NCBI GenBank assembly: GCA_965112155.1
Contig: OZ218104.1
Origin: Podarcis liolepis
Taxonomy: Eukaryota
Direction: 5' to 3' (one strand)
DNA length: 64,000 nucleotides
In this document: piece by piece, positions 38,884 through 51,878 of the stretch
How positions within the stretch are numbered: the first letter of the stretch is position 1
How the letters are laid out: each line of letters opens with the position of its first letter
Notes under the pieces: model-generated
The model's database searches: none
What the model saw: only the letters and a program-made list of their open reading frames with translations
What the model was told of the DNA's origin: nothing
Made by a program: the position numbers and the translations under genes

Positions 38884-39360
38884 AGTGCGAGTGACTCTCC
38901 CTTCAAAGAGGATCTGGATGCAATGGCAGAGGGGGGAAATATTACCTCTCACTTTGAATGGGAGGTCTCAAAGCACTCAGTGGCCCTTAGTGAGAGCCCA
39001 GTGTCAAGCCCACAGGAGTCTGCACATACTTGTGAATCTGACACTTCTTCCGCAAGCAGCAAGGAGCAGGAGAAGCAGGGTGCTGCTGCTGCTGCCGCTC
39101 TCAGTGAGAGCAAGGAAGACCTAAGGTGTGGAGAGGGATTTTACTCAGATGTGGAGAAAGAGGCTGAGGACTCAAAACAGGATGAGATGGAAGTCTATAA
39201 AATCCCTTCTTCACCTCCATTGCACCTCCACGAACAAGAGGAGGAAGCCTGTGATGTTGAAGGGGGAAAAGGGGCAAGTGAGCCACTTAGCGAGCTAAAT
39301 GGAGAATGTCACAGCTCAAGTATTGATAATGAGTTTCCTGCCCTCATTCGCTGTTTCCAG
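38884..39360 (+). CDS. EPB41: EPB41 large alternative exon (17B-like), acidic and Ser-rich: SASDSPFKEDLDAMAEGG...SSSIDNEFPALIRCFQ
   Basis: cattttag| and CAG|gtagta, 477 nt, phase 0-0, open frame (ORF 38923..39489), located just before exon 18. Confidence 0.85.
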
Positions 39361-40521
39361 GTAGTAAATGTGAACTTGAAACACCTCTCTTTGCAGTCTT
39401 CTCTGCTACATTTTCGGAGCCATTCTACAAACACTGCAGCAAGCATATGTCATAAATCCATAAAGAAGGATTATGTTTTGATGGCCTGAAATATTCCCCA
39501 AACTAATCAACCACTTAATCTCCAGTCTATAGGAATGATTCCCCTCCTCTACAAAGTAGATGTATATTTTATTAAAACAATTTTTTAAAAAGTATTGTCT
39601 CCTGACTCAAGCAGAATATATTTAAAAGAAAAGGAAACCAATTCTAAAAGGCATCAGATTTTATGAGATAGTGCTAAATGTCTTCTGTGTGTTGTAAATA
39701 CATTGCAGAAAATATTGAGCTAAAAGCAGCCAGAGCCGCAAGTCTTTCCATTTACAAGAACAAAACATAGCTCTTTGAGTCTATAGTCATCTGATTTGGA
39801 AATCTCTGAGGAAACACCTGCATTTACCCATCAAAGTAAAAAATAAATAAAAATTGCCTGCTCCAGTGTTCTTAACAATCCCATCTGCTAAAATACCTCA
39901 ACATTTGATCTGGGAATAATCAAGGTGATATCTGTCAGACTTTGAAAAGGTGAAGGGAACATAACAGAGTGGGAAAAGCCTGGTGGTGCTCTTACTAATA
40001 TTACATTCTCTTTTGATTAATTATCAGGTGGTGGCACAGCTGATTTTTCTTTTCCTGTTATTCTTGAAATTTGTATATCCATAAATAATGATCTGATGCT
40101 GATTTAATAGAAGCTACTGGACTCTACACATCTCACACTGGCTGGAAATCATACATTTGTATAATCTCTTAATATACTAGCATATTAATCAGACTTGAGC
40201 TCCTCCTAACCATAAAGATTCTTATCCGCATGCTAAATTTGGCTTACCCTTTTAACTATGAAACAGTTTCCATATTTTAGTTTGCAGATGGTCACATTTG
40301 GCCAGGAAGCTAGGGGGAAAATGTTATTTGTATTTTATCTCCAAACATTGACAGATGACTTTCCAAAATGTGCCTTTAGTGCAAACAACATAGCAATTGA
40401 AATTTCTATATGGAGTCCATTGTGCTTTTATCAGATCAGTATTGGAATGGTTGTCAGTAATATTGTTAGAGTTTAATGGTACTAAATGTGATTTCTCTCT
40501 CTCTAAAATCCTGTTTTGTAG

Positions 40522-40650
40522 CCACCCCTTGTGAAGACTCAGACAGTTACTATCTCTGATGTGTCGAACACGGTGAAAAGTGAAATTCCAACGAAAGAAG
40601 TTCCTATTGTCCATACAGAGACCAAGACTATAACTTATGAAGCTGCACAG
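40522..40650 (+). CDS. EPB41: EPB41 exon 18 (CTD): PPLVKTQTVTISDVSNTVKSEIPTKEVPIVHTETKTITYEAAQ
   Basis: ttgtag| and CAG|gtaggc, 129 nt. Confidence 0.97.
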
Positions 40651-41434
40651 GTAGGCTGTTTCATAATCTGGTGGTACAGTTTTATTGTAGTGTAAATAGT
40701 CTCAGTGAAAATTAGAAAATTTGATTTCAATGGGACAAGCTTACCTGAGAGGAGCTTCACAGGTTTAAATTGTTGTGAGAAATACCACTGTTGACACCAG
40801 TGCTTTCTGCACCGAACACAAACATAAATACATATCTGGGAAGTCTGATCGGGCTTGAGTTTTCAGACTTTTGTACATATATGTATGGCATCTAGGCTTT
40901 CCCTCTTTGCTGCAGAAAAGAGTGGTATAATGCTGTTTCCCCCCCTGCATCGATCACAATGAGTAGAGCTTCCCAGACTATATGAGGATTGTGCCCACTA
41001 TGCTTGCACAATAGCCACAACACTCATGGAAGGCACAAAGAAAGGGAAGAAAATGTGCGTTAATAGGGGAGGCTGCAGTGGTCAAAGACAGCTATTTGAA
41101 CCTGAACCTTTAGATTGAACTTGAACCTTTAGACCTTTACAATCTTTACATCAATTTTAAAACATATTACATTAATTCCAAAGCAAGATTGCAGCCCCAA
41201 TAAAACTTTCTAGAAGTTTTGATACTCCAACTGTCTTCTTGATTATTAACCCTTTAGGAGAAATTTAATGAGGGAGTTACTTCCTACCCAGTGGATATTG
41301 ACTTTCTGGGGAGAAGTATCAAAACTGAAAGTAGCTTGTGGCTTCTGAGCATGTAGTTTTCATCCTCATGCATTCATTATAACTTGTGTGAGCATATATA
41401 TGCCAAGTTTTGTGTCTGTTTTGCTTTCCCTATA

Positions 41435-41677
41435 CAGTCATACCTCGTGTTGCGTTAGGTTCATGTTGCATCTTTTTGGCTTGCGAACGTGGCAAACCCG
41501 GAAGTGTATACTTCCGGGTTTCGACGCATGCACAGAAGCATTCTTCGCGCTTCACACATGCGTAGAAGCGCTCTATTGTGCTCTGCACTTGCTTAGAACT
41601 GCTGCTCTAGTTGCGGACTTTTCAGGGTGCGAACAGCACCCCGGAATGGATCGTGTCCGCAACTAGAGGTACCACTG
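41435..41677. mobile_element. Tc1/mariner-type MITE with internal palindrome
   Basis: CAGTCATACCTC / GAGGTACCACTG ends with TA flanks; internal AAACCCGGAAGTGTATACTTCCGGGTTT; CpG-rich. Confidence 0.8.
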
Positions 41678-42099
41678 TATACAATACCATGTTCCCCAAA
41701 GTGAACTAGTATCAGTGTCAGAATTCACTCTGACAAGGCTTCATGTTTTCTGCAGGCCACAATGAAGTGTGTAATGCACCTCCTTGTCAGTTTTTGATGG
41801 AAGCTTTGATTTATTGCTACCCAAGGCTGTAGAGAAGATCTGAGTCCTATGACCAGCTCACTTTAACCCTGCCACCTAGGGCAGGCTAATAAGACTCAGA
41901 TTATTGTATCACTGTGGGAAAGTGTTCCAATTTGAAAAGTCCCTGAATGGGGGGGGGGGACCTACCAACTTGGACTGAGCAGTGCTGACAGGTTGATTGA
42001 GTGGTTGGTGGTGGCAGAGTTGCAGGAACTCTTAAGAGAAACCAATTTGAAAGAGTAAGTCCAGTTGGTTCAGGGCAGATTTGGGCATTTCAGCCTCTT

Positions 42100-43100
42100 T
42101 TGTTGCCCCTCGTGTATTATCTGAAAGGGAAAGTGTGGTCCGGCACATTCTTTTTGATGTTCCATATAATAGACCATCATATCCTTTGGGGGCATCTTAA
42201 TCAGTTAGGATTTGGAGGCATTGCTCTGGAGTGGTTCTTCTCCTACATGATTGGTCAGAATTGGAAGATAGCAGTGGGTGACTATTGCTCAACCCTTTGG
42301 GGATTTATATTGTGGCATAGCAAAAAGTTCCATCTGTGATCTCTTCTGTTTTTTAGTATCTATACACAGATACTTCACCCAATCATTCAACAGTTTTGGA
42401 GTATCTTAAGTATGACACCCTGCTTTACCCCCCGCCCCCCAATCGAATCCAGGAGTAGCTAAGTCTTCCCTGTTCATCTTAATGAACCAGCCTCTACTGG
42501 GTTAGAGAGTTCTTCATGAGGCTTCACTCTCCTTAGAGTAGCAAATATACAGCATAGGAATGCTACTTAACCTTGCCTTGCTCCTTGATCTCAGGTGGCA
42601 GTCATGATGAGGAACACTCTTTTTAATCATTTTGCTTGGTGAGCTGACTACACCCTTTTTTCTCTTATAAGGATTTTACTTCAGTCACCCATGCTTTGTT
42701 CCCATTTAGATTATTGCAATGTGCTTACTTATCGCTGCCTTTTGAAGTCTGGTTGGAATTCAGCTGGCACTGAATGTGGTAGCTTCCATATTAAACGAGG
42801 GAGGGCCCCAGACAGTGTAGAACTCCAGTCCTGGCTTCACAGCATGGATTACCTATTTGTTTCAGGCCAGTTCAGCATGTTGGTTCTGACTTTTAGAGCC
42901 TTCATGCTTTAGGAACTAATTTCTCTAATGTATTTCTCTAATCTCTGCATTCCACCTGCTAAAATAAGGTTAGCAACAATACAGGGTAAGGCTTTCTCAG
43001 TGGCAACATTTTCTGTATGGAATACACTTCTTCAGAAGAACTGCTTGGATCTATCCTTTTTATTTTTCTGTCTGCGTGTTAAAAAACTTTTTTCATTTTT
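42100..43100 (+). mobile_element. Decayed L2/CR1-type LINE reverse transcriptase region
   Basis: Remnant peptides IDHHILWGHL..LGFGGIALEWFFSY and LDYCN, typical of L2/CR1 ORF2. Confidence 0.7.
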
Positions 43101-44759
43101 AAATGCATTTCCCATTTAGCTGGTGAGTGTACTATGCAACATTTTTTTCCTCTTGGAGTTTCTTTAGGAGGAATGTTGGGATATGAATTTATTTATTTTT
43201 TAATTGGCCCTTTTTAGTTTTAATGCTTTTGAACTTTTGAGTGAAACATTTTGGTAGTGCCTTTTGAGTGCAAGTTGACAGAGAATTACGTTTATGACCT
43301 GGCACATGTCCAAATTCTGTTCCTAAATAGCTGGTATAGAGCTTAGCTATCCACTACATGTTTTAACATTATCTGCATTTGTAGAGGTTGATATGTTTTG
43401 AATATAGCTTCACATTATAAAAATCCCTCTCAACTTCATGTATAAGTAGGTTTTGGTCAGCTCTGGCATGGAGGTTTACTGGCTGAGTTAAAACAATTTC
43501 TGTGCTATTTTGTGCCAACCATACAAGGAATAGCCACACATTCTAGAGCTGACTCCACCTGAGAGATGCTTAAAATGTCCTCATCACATTTGAATATGTT
43601 GAAACCTTGGAAATTCTGTGATATCTGTTGGATGCTGCTTCCACCTAGTGGACACTCTGAAGGTATTGCATTTGATATTTCAGTAAGTTTCACAAACCCT
43701 TGTAAAATATTAATTAATATGTAATTCTAATGAACAAGTACATGAGCAGATATTTCACTGTGGCACAAATATGTTTAAAGGCAGACTAAGAAATAATTGG
43801 TGGCGTTCTTCCAGTCTGAGATGGCAAACCAGGGGAAACATCCGTTTGCTGAAGGAACCTGTGCATAGCTAATTTTTTCAGTCTAATCTGTCATGGTGAC
43901 CCTTGGAAGTTTTTTTATTGTTAGACTACACTTAAACACGTACACACACTATCAGGGTCATTGTTTGTAGTTAGTTTTTACTAAAGAAAAAAAAGAGCTT
44001 TCTTTTTTAGCATAGGAACAAACACCTGGGTTTTTAAAGCTTTCTTTTCCCCTTCAAAAAGAGGTAACCACCTGCCCCAACACATACTATGGCTATCCTC
44101 TTTGAGCCAAGTCTCTCCTTTTATTTCATTATGTTTGTGTGGCTATCCAGCTCCAGAAGCAGGACTGAGGCTCACGCTACCATTGTGGCAACAAGGAAGT
44201 AACTCTGAGGGTGCTACAAGTTTTGTCAAACAGCTCACTAACCAGATTCTGAGGAAACAAAGCATTGTTGTTCAGCAGGTATTAAACCTTGGTGTTGAAT
44301 TAAGATTTGGGGTTTTTTAGTTTGTTTCTGCACAGCAGCACCACTGTTGGTGCTTAGATGTTCTGACACATTAGGCACATATGAGTTTTGATGCACCTTG
44401 CTCTGCATAAGCTTTCTTGTACCTAAAAATGGTTGAAATGTTGCACTGTGCTACCAAAACATATTTTATGTAGTTATCTAGCCCTTTTTGTTGAAAGACT
44501 GGTTCACGTTGGAAATGTGACTGGAAAGTGTGCTTTCTCTGGGGAACCTTCGTATCGCATTACCTGAGGACTAAGAGAAAGGGCAAAAGAGAGTGGCAAA
44601 AACCTGGAGAAATTCTTACCTTAGCAGTTTTGTCCAGTTCCTAGCCCATGCAACATGGAAAGCATAGTATCTGAATTAGAGACCACAGCTGACAACGGAT
44701 TATATTGTTGTACCAGACATTTTGCTCCCTGACCCAGTTAGCTGAGCTAAACTCAAAAG

Positions 44760-44993
44760 TATAATGATGGGGACATTCAGGCTTATCGCTTGCTGGGGGT
44801 CTTCATGGCCAGCTGCCATGGATTTAGCTATATTTTTATGGTTCTGCTCCTACCTACAGGGTTGTTTCCAAAAAGTAGTCACGGGAGACACTGTTCAGTG
44901 CCATGGGAGCTTTCCTGTAGTGTCCTGCAGGGTTCTGTCTTATTTAAGATCTCAGTGAAGCTGCTGGGAGTTGTCATCAATATGTAGATGACA

Positions 44994-45077
<84 letters not shown>

Positions 45078-45790
45078 GAATCAAAGGAGGCAGCTGAGGT
45101 GCTAGACAAGTGTTTGTGGGGTGTGGTAGGCTGAGTGGGGGCCAACAAATTGAAAGTGAATCCTAAAAAGATAGAGAGGTGTTATGAGTTCCAAGTTCTT
45201 GAATCTAGGAGGTAGGAAAACTTCCACTTGTAGATGGGATTATACTACTAGGAGCAGGTTCATGGCTTGCAGGTCCTGCTGGATTCAACATTGTTACTGA
45301 AGGCCCGGGTGGTCTTTGCGGCTAGGAGTTCCAGCTATGTTTGCTTCACCAGCTAGGGCCCCTTTTGGATTGAGATTACTTGACTACAGTATTCTGTGCT
45401 CTGGTTGCTTCTGGATCATTGCAGTGAGTTCTACATAGGGCTGCCCGTGAAGATGACTTGGAAACTTCAGCTGGTCTAAAATGCAGCAGCCAGTTTATTC
45501 ACTGTGGTTGCCTTTGGAACTCATATAACCCCTGCTGTAAAACAGCTGCACTGGTTTCCAGTTTGTTTCTGGATTCAGTTCAGGATGCCCACACCAGTGT
45601 TTAGAGCCCTAAACACCTTAACCCCCAAATATCTGAGAGACAACCTCCTTCCCTACAGACCCTGTTGGGGGTTAAGATCTTCAGAGAGTGCCCTACTGGT
45701 AGTTCCACCATCCATGGAAGTTTGTGGGGTGACCTGAAAGAGAGCATTCTCTGTGGCAGCCCCTAAGCTGTGGAATTCCTTTCTCACAGA
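44760..45790 (+). mobile_element. Decayed L2/CR1-type LINE ORF2 3' part
   Basis: LWFCSYLQGCFQKVV, QYVDDT (YADD-like), HITPAVKQLHWFPV, RAFSVAAPKLWNS remnants. Confidence 0.8.
44996..45075. repeat. Compound microsatellite (CT)n(CA)n
   Basis: Directly visible. Confidence 0.98.
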
Positions 45791-46248
45791 GGGGTTTGGT
45801 TTGGTGAAAGGTGAAGATGCACCTCGTTGCCCTCACCTTTGACAGCTGAGACATGGATTTTCAGGATCCACCTGATTCCTGTGGTTGCATTTGGTACTGT
45901 TTTTAATACTGAATTTTAAATTCTTATGACTTGCTGGTGAATAAGTCCTCCAGACCCCACAGAAGGCGCAAAGGAGAGCGTGGAAACCCGATGCTTCTTC
46001 ACTAAGGCTTGCCATATCTAATTCATGTAGTGCTAAATTATGGTTTAATGTTTTGTGTGAAGACAACCAATAGTTGCAATCCTGTGCCACATTGATGCAG
46101 ATTTGAATAGTAACATTAAATTATTGCAAATTTACCAGCAGCCTTCTGGCTCATTACACTTTGCTGTTGTAGCCTTCTCTGCTGAACAAACAACTCTCTC
46201 TAGGTGAGCAAGGAGATAATTTATACTTGTTATGTATCTCTGCCATAG

Positions 46249-46350
46249 ACTGATGATGGCAGTGGGGATTTAGACCCTGGAGTTCTGCTAAGTGCTCAGA
46301 CCATCACTTCAGAGACCACCAGCAGCACTACCACTACTCAGATTACGAAG
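46249..46350 (+). CDS. EPB41: EPB41 exon 19 (CTD): TDDGSGDLDPGVLLSAQTITSETTSSTTTTQITK
   Basis: gccatag| and AAG|gtaaaa, 102 nt. Confidence 0.97.
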
Positions 46351-48439
46351 GTAAAATACAATAGTCTCAAGTGTGTGACCTCACTGATAAGCTATTTGCG
46401 TTGATAGGGAATGAGTTGTACAAACTCTAGTCTCTGTCTGTCTTTGGGTGACCCTTCTCTAATGGGATTGGCAATTTGTGGCACATCAGAATTTTACTGA
46501 CTGTAGGGCTCGTGTCTGCTTCCTTTTACTTGTCCTGTCAGTACTCTAGATGTGACACAGTCACCAGTGATGCTTCACTTGAAGGTTTCAATCTAGGACA
46601 AATGGTATTCAGAATACTGTTGAACAGGATTTTCCCTACCATTTTCAGCTTCTTTCCAATGGTATGGAAAGAAGCTGATGGGAACAAATCTCATTAAACA
46701 TACATAACCTACCTTTTCCCCTAACGTGGAACTCAAGGCAGCATACATACTGTCCTCAGATGGTCTATCCAGACACTGACCAGACCCACCTGGATCTTTC
46801 TAGCTTGGAGAAATGCATACTAACCCCACTTTGAACATCTTTCAACACGGACGTCTTTTCCCAAGCTAGGTACACAGGTGTTTCCAATTTGGGAGCTATT
46901 CACAGGAGGTTCCATGTTGTTAAAGTAATAAGTGGGTAGCTACCCCGAGAAGAGACCATTAGCTAACATTATCTGGGACACAGGATTCATTTGAAATAAC
47001 CAATAGAGCAAGCTCAGCACACTGTTGCTGGCAAAAGAAATGGTGTTTAGCCGTATGTGTCTAGCATATTCTCTCTGCTGGGGCTAGCCTACATTAAAGG
47101 ACCCATTATGTTTTAGAAATCAAGGTCAGAGATTGCTGAGAAACACAAATTGCCACTAGAGATTGCCAATAAGCACAGATTACTACTGACCTTTGTACAC
47201 TAGATGATAGTACTAAAACAGAAAGCCATCTCCAATACCAAGTCATTCTAAAGCACAACAAATATATTTAGATAAGGCTTCAGTCATTATGTGGTCCCCC
47301 CCCATAGAAGCTGCTTCACTTTGCTTCCATACTCCACGGTCCCTCAAGATGGCTGTAATACTGGAATGTTCATATGGTTCAACCAACCTGATTGTGTTAA
47401 CGAGCCTATATGGATTTCAGATGACTAATGTGGAAAGTGGCTTTCAAACATTGTAGCTATTAGGTGCAGTGATACCACGTGGAAATAATTCCAGATAGTC
47501 TTCACAATATGTGGCAAGCTTTACTACTTGGTGGAGATCTCTCCAGATGCATCACTTGTGAAAATGTGTGGCAGAAAAATATATATGCCACGTGTGTTGC
47601 AATACAGTTGACCCAAACGAACATGTAGTAGAGCAGCCAAATACAAGATAGTCATTATTTTTACCTCTTGTTTGCAGATGTGCTCTCCTCCAGCACCAAT
47701 GTTACTGCTACTTGTTAGAAAAGCACCAAAGTTGAGGGCATCAAAGCTGCAGTGAGCTTTTTCTTGAAGGCAGCCACCAGAAAGAATTCAAAGGCAGCTT
47801 TGTTTAAAGGAAATGTATTAGTCAAGGAAGCTAAAAGACCTCTCTGTTTTGAGGGATGATGTGACTGACAGTTCAATGGTTCCCTAATCTCAGTTATCCT
47901 CAATCCCATTAACTTGACCCTGGAAGGGAAATCCTGGTCCATGTTCCAGAAAGAATGCTTTAATGTTCATTGTCACCATCCTGTACATTACTCATTCTAG
48001 AATAGTTGCCACTCTTGCAACTTAAGTGATGTCTACAATCTTTATGAGTATGAAAGCTGGTTTCACTTAGAGAGGTATCACCACCCCACTTCTCTGACAT
48101 TATTTGCACAGAACCCTGTGGATTCAGCCTGCTCTTTCTTTGGGGCTTTACTTCTAATTAGGTTTAACTGAGTAATTGCCTCTACCTTTATACCGTTGCT
48201 CTTTGGTAGGGCAAGTTCACATATTACTTAAGGGAAGGGGCAGGAATAACATAATGAGCACCATTCTTTCCTAGGGCTTGAAAACATGTAAACCAGTAAA
48301 GTGAAAAAGGTCTTTTGTTTCAAGTTCCTTTGAGTTAATGAATAGTCTAACTTCTCTTTTCCTTGTCATTGATGTTGCCATCATTTTTCTTTATAAAGGT
48401 TTTTCTTATTTTGGCTCATCTAATCTTTCCTGCTCTCAG

Positions 48440-48569
48440 TGCAAGATCTAAGTGCTGTTCTGACCATTCATACTTGAAGATATGTGTCTAAATGGAAATT
48501 CCTCCATCTCTTTTTTGCATTCTTAGGATGTCAGCCGAGAAAAGTAATTTCTGAAACAATTTTATTTTG
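48440..48569 (+). repeat. Intronic direct repeat copy 1 (~130 bp) containing a candidate micro-exon at 48527
   Basis: Closely similar to 50091-50232. Confidence 0.9.
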
Positions 48570-48837
48570 GTCTCTTAGGGAGCCCCTCACTGGACAACCT
48601 CTCCAATAATAGGAAGATAAGCAACTGTTTGTGTAACTTAGCTTAAAAGAGAATTCCATAAACACTGTTGGATTAAAGGATGGCTTTCTCCACAGTTTAT
48701 CCTCCAAAGTACTGGATATTTATAGGTCCATGTCTTCCTCCTGAGGGGAATTTATATTTAATGTTTAGGTGTTGCATGGTTTCACTTAATAATGGAGAAG
48801 TATTCTTGTGTTAACACAGATAAAGGCATTTCAGCAT

Positions 48838-48838
48838 G

Positions 48839-48886
<48 letters not shown>

Positions 48887-48950
48887 AATAATACCCCACC
48901 TATCTGGGCAGCTTCCAACACATTTAAAAACATAATAAAACATCAACCAT
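48838..48950 (-). repeat. (TTA)n microsatellite with adjacent LINE-tail remnant
   Basis: (TTA)n followed by ATACCCCACCTATCTGGGCAGCTTCCAAC, related to 7830-7920. Confidence 0.75.
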
Positions 48951-50090
48951 TAATAGCAACAATCTGATCCAATATTAAAAAGACACAACAACTTTTAAAT
49001 TAAACAACTTATATCAAAAAAGCAATATTCAATCATCCATTGAAATCTAATAGTAAACAGTAAAATTAAGCATCAGCATATAATAAAAGTTTATGCTTAT
49101 CAATTACAATAAAGAATTACTAATCTATAATCAATAAAATAGCAAATCACAGTGCATAAAATACCACAAAACATACAAAAAGACATTAAAAGGATCAAAT
49201 TGATACACAATCTAAGGTTTTCTGGGCTCCATTTCATTTGGACTAACAGAGTGAGAAGGCGAATAAATTTGCCAGTAGGTTAGGATGATGAGATTATGAA
49301 GGAATTGTGCTGTTAAGCATTTCTGTTCATCTTCCACAGCATTCCTTCAATGACTAGGTTTGTTGCTTATACACCTTTACCTCTCTTTGTTTTTGTACCA
49401 GTTCTCCTGGTGTATAAGAAGTGTGTGTTTGAATCTAAGAGTTTTCTGCTAGCATGAATTTGGTTGAAAGTGGAACTGTGACTTTCAGTCAAGTAGATAA
49501 AGTTTATTTTTAAAAAGGACTAAAGACGCATCTCAATTGTCCAGTGGATTTTTTAAAGTATCATTTTTAATACAAGTACTTGTATTTACAAGCACTGTCT
49601 TAAGGCGAATTCCCCTCTTCTTTCTCAATCAGGAATTGATGCTTCCTGTAACATTATCTAAAAGAAAGATTGCAGAATCTAAAAACAAAATATGTTTTTA
49701 AAACATGTTTTTTCATAAAAACTGTTGCTTTTATTCATATGTATGTGTAGTTAAACAACTAAAACACAATGAATCCACTATGATTTCTCTAATTGGGTGG
49801 TAGTCCGAGTAGAAAGACAAATGTTAGCAGGACTGTTTCAGATATTACTTTCCCCCCATGTAGATGTGACCATTCATCTTATCAGACCATAGGACAAAAA
49901 CTTTTTCTCTACTTGCTCTTTCTTTTTTTGTACTTGCTCTTTGTCTTTCCTCTCCCTCTATTTCTCTTAATGTGGAACTAGCTTTTTATGCAAAAACTGA
50001 ATAGGGAAAGGAGGAAACAAAGATGTATATCTTTATAATGAGTAGGTCAGTTATTAAGTGGACACACAAACTTTGTGTCTGATAAAGGTC

Positions 50091-50232
50091 TGCAAGATCT
50101 AAGTGCGGTTCTAACTATTCATACATTGAAGATACGTGTCTATATGGAAATTCATCCATTTCTTTTTCTTTCTTTTTTTGCATTGTTAGGATGTCAGCAG
50201 AGAAAAGTAATTTCTGAAACAATTTTATTTTG
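50091..50232 (+). repeat. Intronic direct repeat copy 2 containing a candidate micro-exon at 50190
   Basis: Closely similar to 48440-48569, with a longer pyrimidine tract. Confidence 0.9.
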
Positions 50233-50527
50233 ATGTCCTTTATGTATTCTTACGTGTGCTGTAGTCTGCTTTTCTTAGGAGCCAGTATAGTCCTGAATGT
50301 TAGCTTTGAATCAAAGGAGTCTAGCCCAGGCTAGAGTGGAATCTAACATGTCTCCATTTCAGATCCCTGTTTTGAAAAAAAGGAGATAGTGTCCCTGAGA
50401 GCTTGGTCACTATTGTGGGTTTGAACAAGCTAAGAATTGTGTAAAACGCAGCTACCATTGGGAGCCATATAAGCACAACAAACCTGTGATAGCAGTTATC
50501 ACACACTCCATTCACATTTCTCACTAT

Positions 50528-50931
50528 GGCCTGATTCATATGTCTTGCTAAGCTAAATCATGGCTTAGCATAAGCATGTGGACTTCTGGGAAGGAAATTG
50601 CAGCTTCTTTGCTCCTTCTCAGCCATTCTGCTGCTGTGCTGAGTTGAGCCGAGCGACAGCTTGGTATAGAGTATCATTGGAAATTGGGATTGTGGTTTAT
50701 GTCTCTTCAAACTAAGCATGAGCTGTAACCAAAGCTTGTCCTATTGCTTATGGCTCATGGTTTGCCTGGAAGAGTTAAGCCACGAGCCAGGGTTCAGATG
50801 ACACTAAACCAAACCATGGCTTAGCTCAGCACAGTTCATCAGCAGAATGACCAGGAAGGAGTGAAACAACTGCAGTCTCTTCTCCAGGAGCCCCTGTTCT
50901 CTTATGTTCACCATGATGTGCAAACCAGGCC
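50528..50931. mobile_element. ~400-bp fold-back (palindromic) non-autonomous DNA element
   Basis: GGCCTG...CAGGCC ends; arm 50590-50650 is reverse-complementary to 50815-50890. Confidence 0.6.
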
Positions 50932-51156
50932 TGTGACAGCAGTAGGAAAATCATTTGCATATCTATTAAGCTTACAGTCATAGGAATTTGGTTGTCAAAG
51001 AGTGATATGCATCTAATCTAGATCTAATTATGAACCATTCCTGCTGACTTGACCTTTTGGTTGCTCTGATTGATTAACTAGGCTTGTTTTTCTCTTTAAA
51101 ACTATTTTTTTAACATTTTGGCATTGTTGCATTGTAAGCTGTTTGTTCTCTCGTAG

Positions 51157-51237
51157 ACTGTGAAAGGTGGAATTTCAGAAACACGAATTGAAAAAAGAAT
51201 TGTCATCACAGGAGATGCAGACATTGATCATGATCAA
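51157..51237 (+). CDS. EPB41: EPB41 exon 20 (CTD): [27 protein letters not shown]
   Basis: tcgtag| and CAA|gtaaga, 81 nt. Confidence 0.97.
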
Positions 51238-51782
51238 GTAAGACTTTTAGTGTAGTGACTATTCTGAGTATGTGCACATTGTTTCTGGCACTTTTATCAA
51301 TGGAGCAGTTGGCAGATCAAATATAAGATATATTGCATGACCTTTGGGGTCTCCAGAGGGATTTGAAAGTTCACCCATGATAAGATTCTAGCCAGATTCT
51401 GAACTCTGCCAACCTTTAGTGCATAGCTTTCATTCTATACTGAAGAGACACTGCATTACCCTGGCCTTTGACATCTGAAATACATTTTTAAGACCTTCCC
51501 TATTTTTTTTTGTATTGTAAACTGTTTTAACTGGTTTAAATATCATATTTTTATATTGAAAGCTGCCCTGTGACCTTGCGGTGGATCAGAAAAAGAACCC
51601 AATAAATAAGCCACAACCTTGTTGCCCTAAATTGATCCAAAAATGTTTTCCCTAATGATAGGTTGCAAACCTTCATTACTATATGGAAAGTAGTTGGTAA
51701 AGTTAGATCGTGATAGGAAGCAAAATGTTGTTGCCCTAAACTTGATTCAAGATAGTTTGTTCTTTATGCCATCTTTCTTCAG

Positions 51783-51878
51783 GTTCTGGTACAGGCCATC
51801 AGAGAAGCAAAGGAGCAACACCCAGACATGTCTGTGACCAAGGTGGTTGTCCACCAGGAGACTGAGATTGCAGAATAA
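51783..51878 (+). CDS. EPB41: EPB41 exon 21, last coding part: VLVQAIREAKEQHPDMSVTKVVVHQETEIAE* (exon continues to donor at 51907)
   Basis: cttcag|, TAA at 51876-51878, CAG|gtagtt donor after 51907. Confidence 0.96.
   Translation, partial: VLVQAIREAKEQHPDMSVTKVVVHQETEIAE

Noticed and set aside
48440-48569. H/ACA snoRNA interpretation of the duplicated module (ACA near the 3' end)
   Set aside because: No correctly placed H box or two-hairpin layout is evident; splice-site features fit better. An Infernal scan would settle it.
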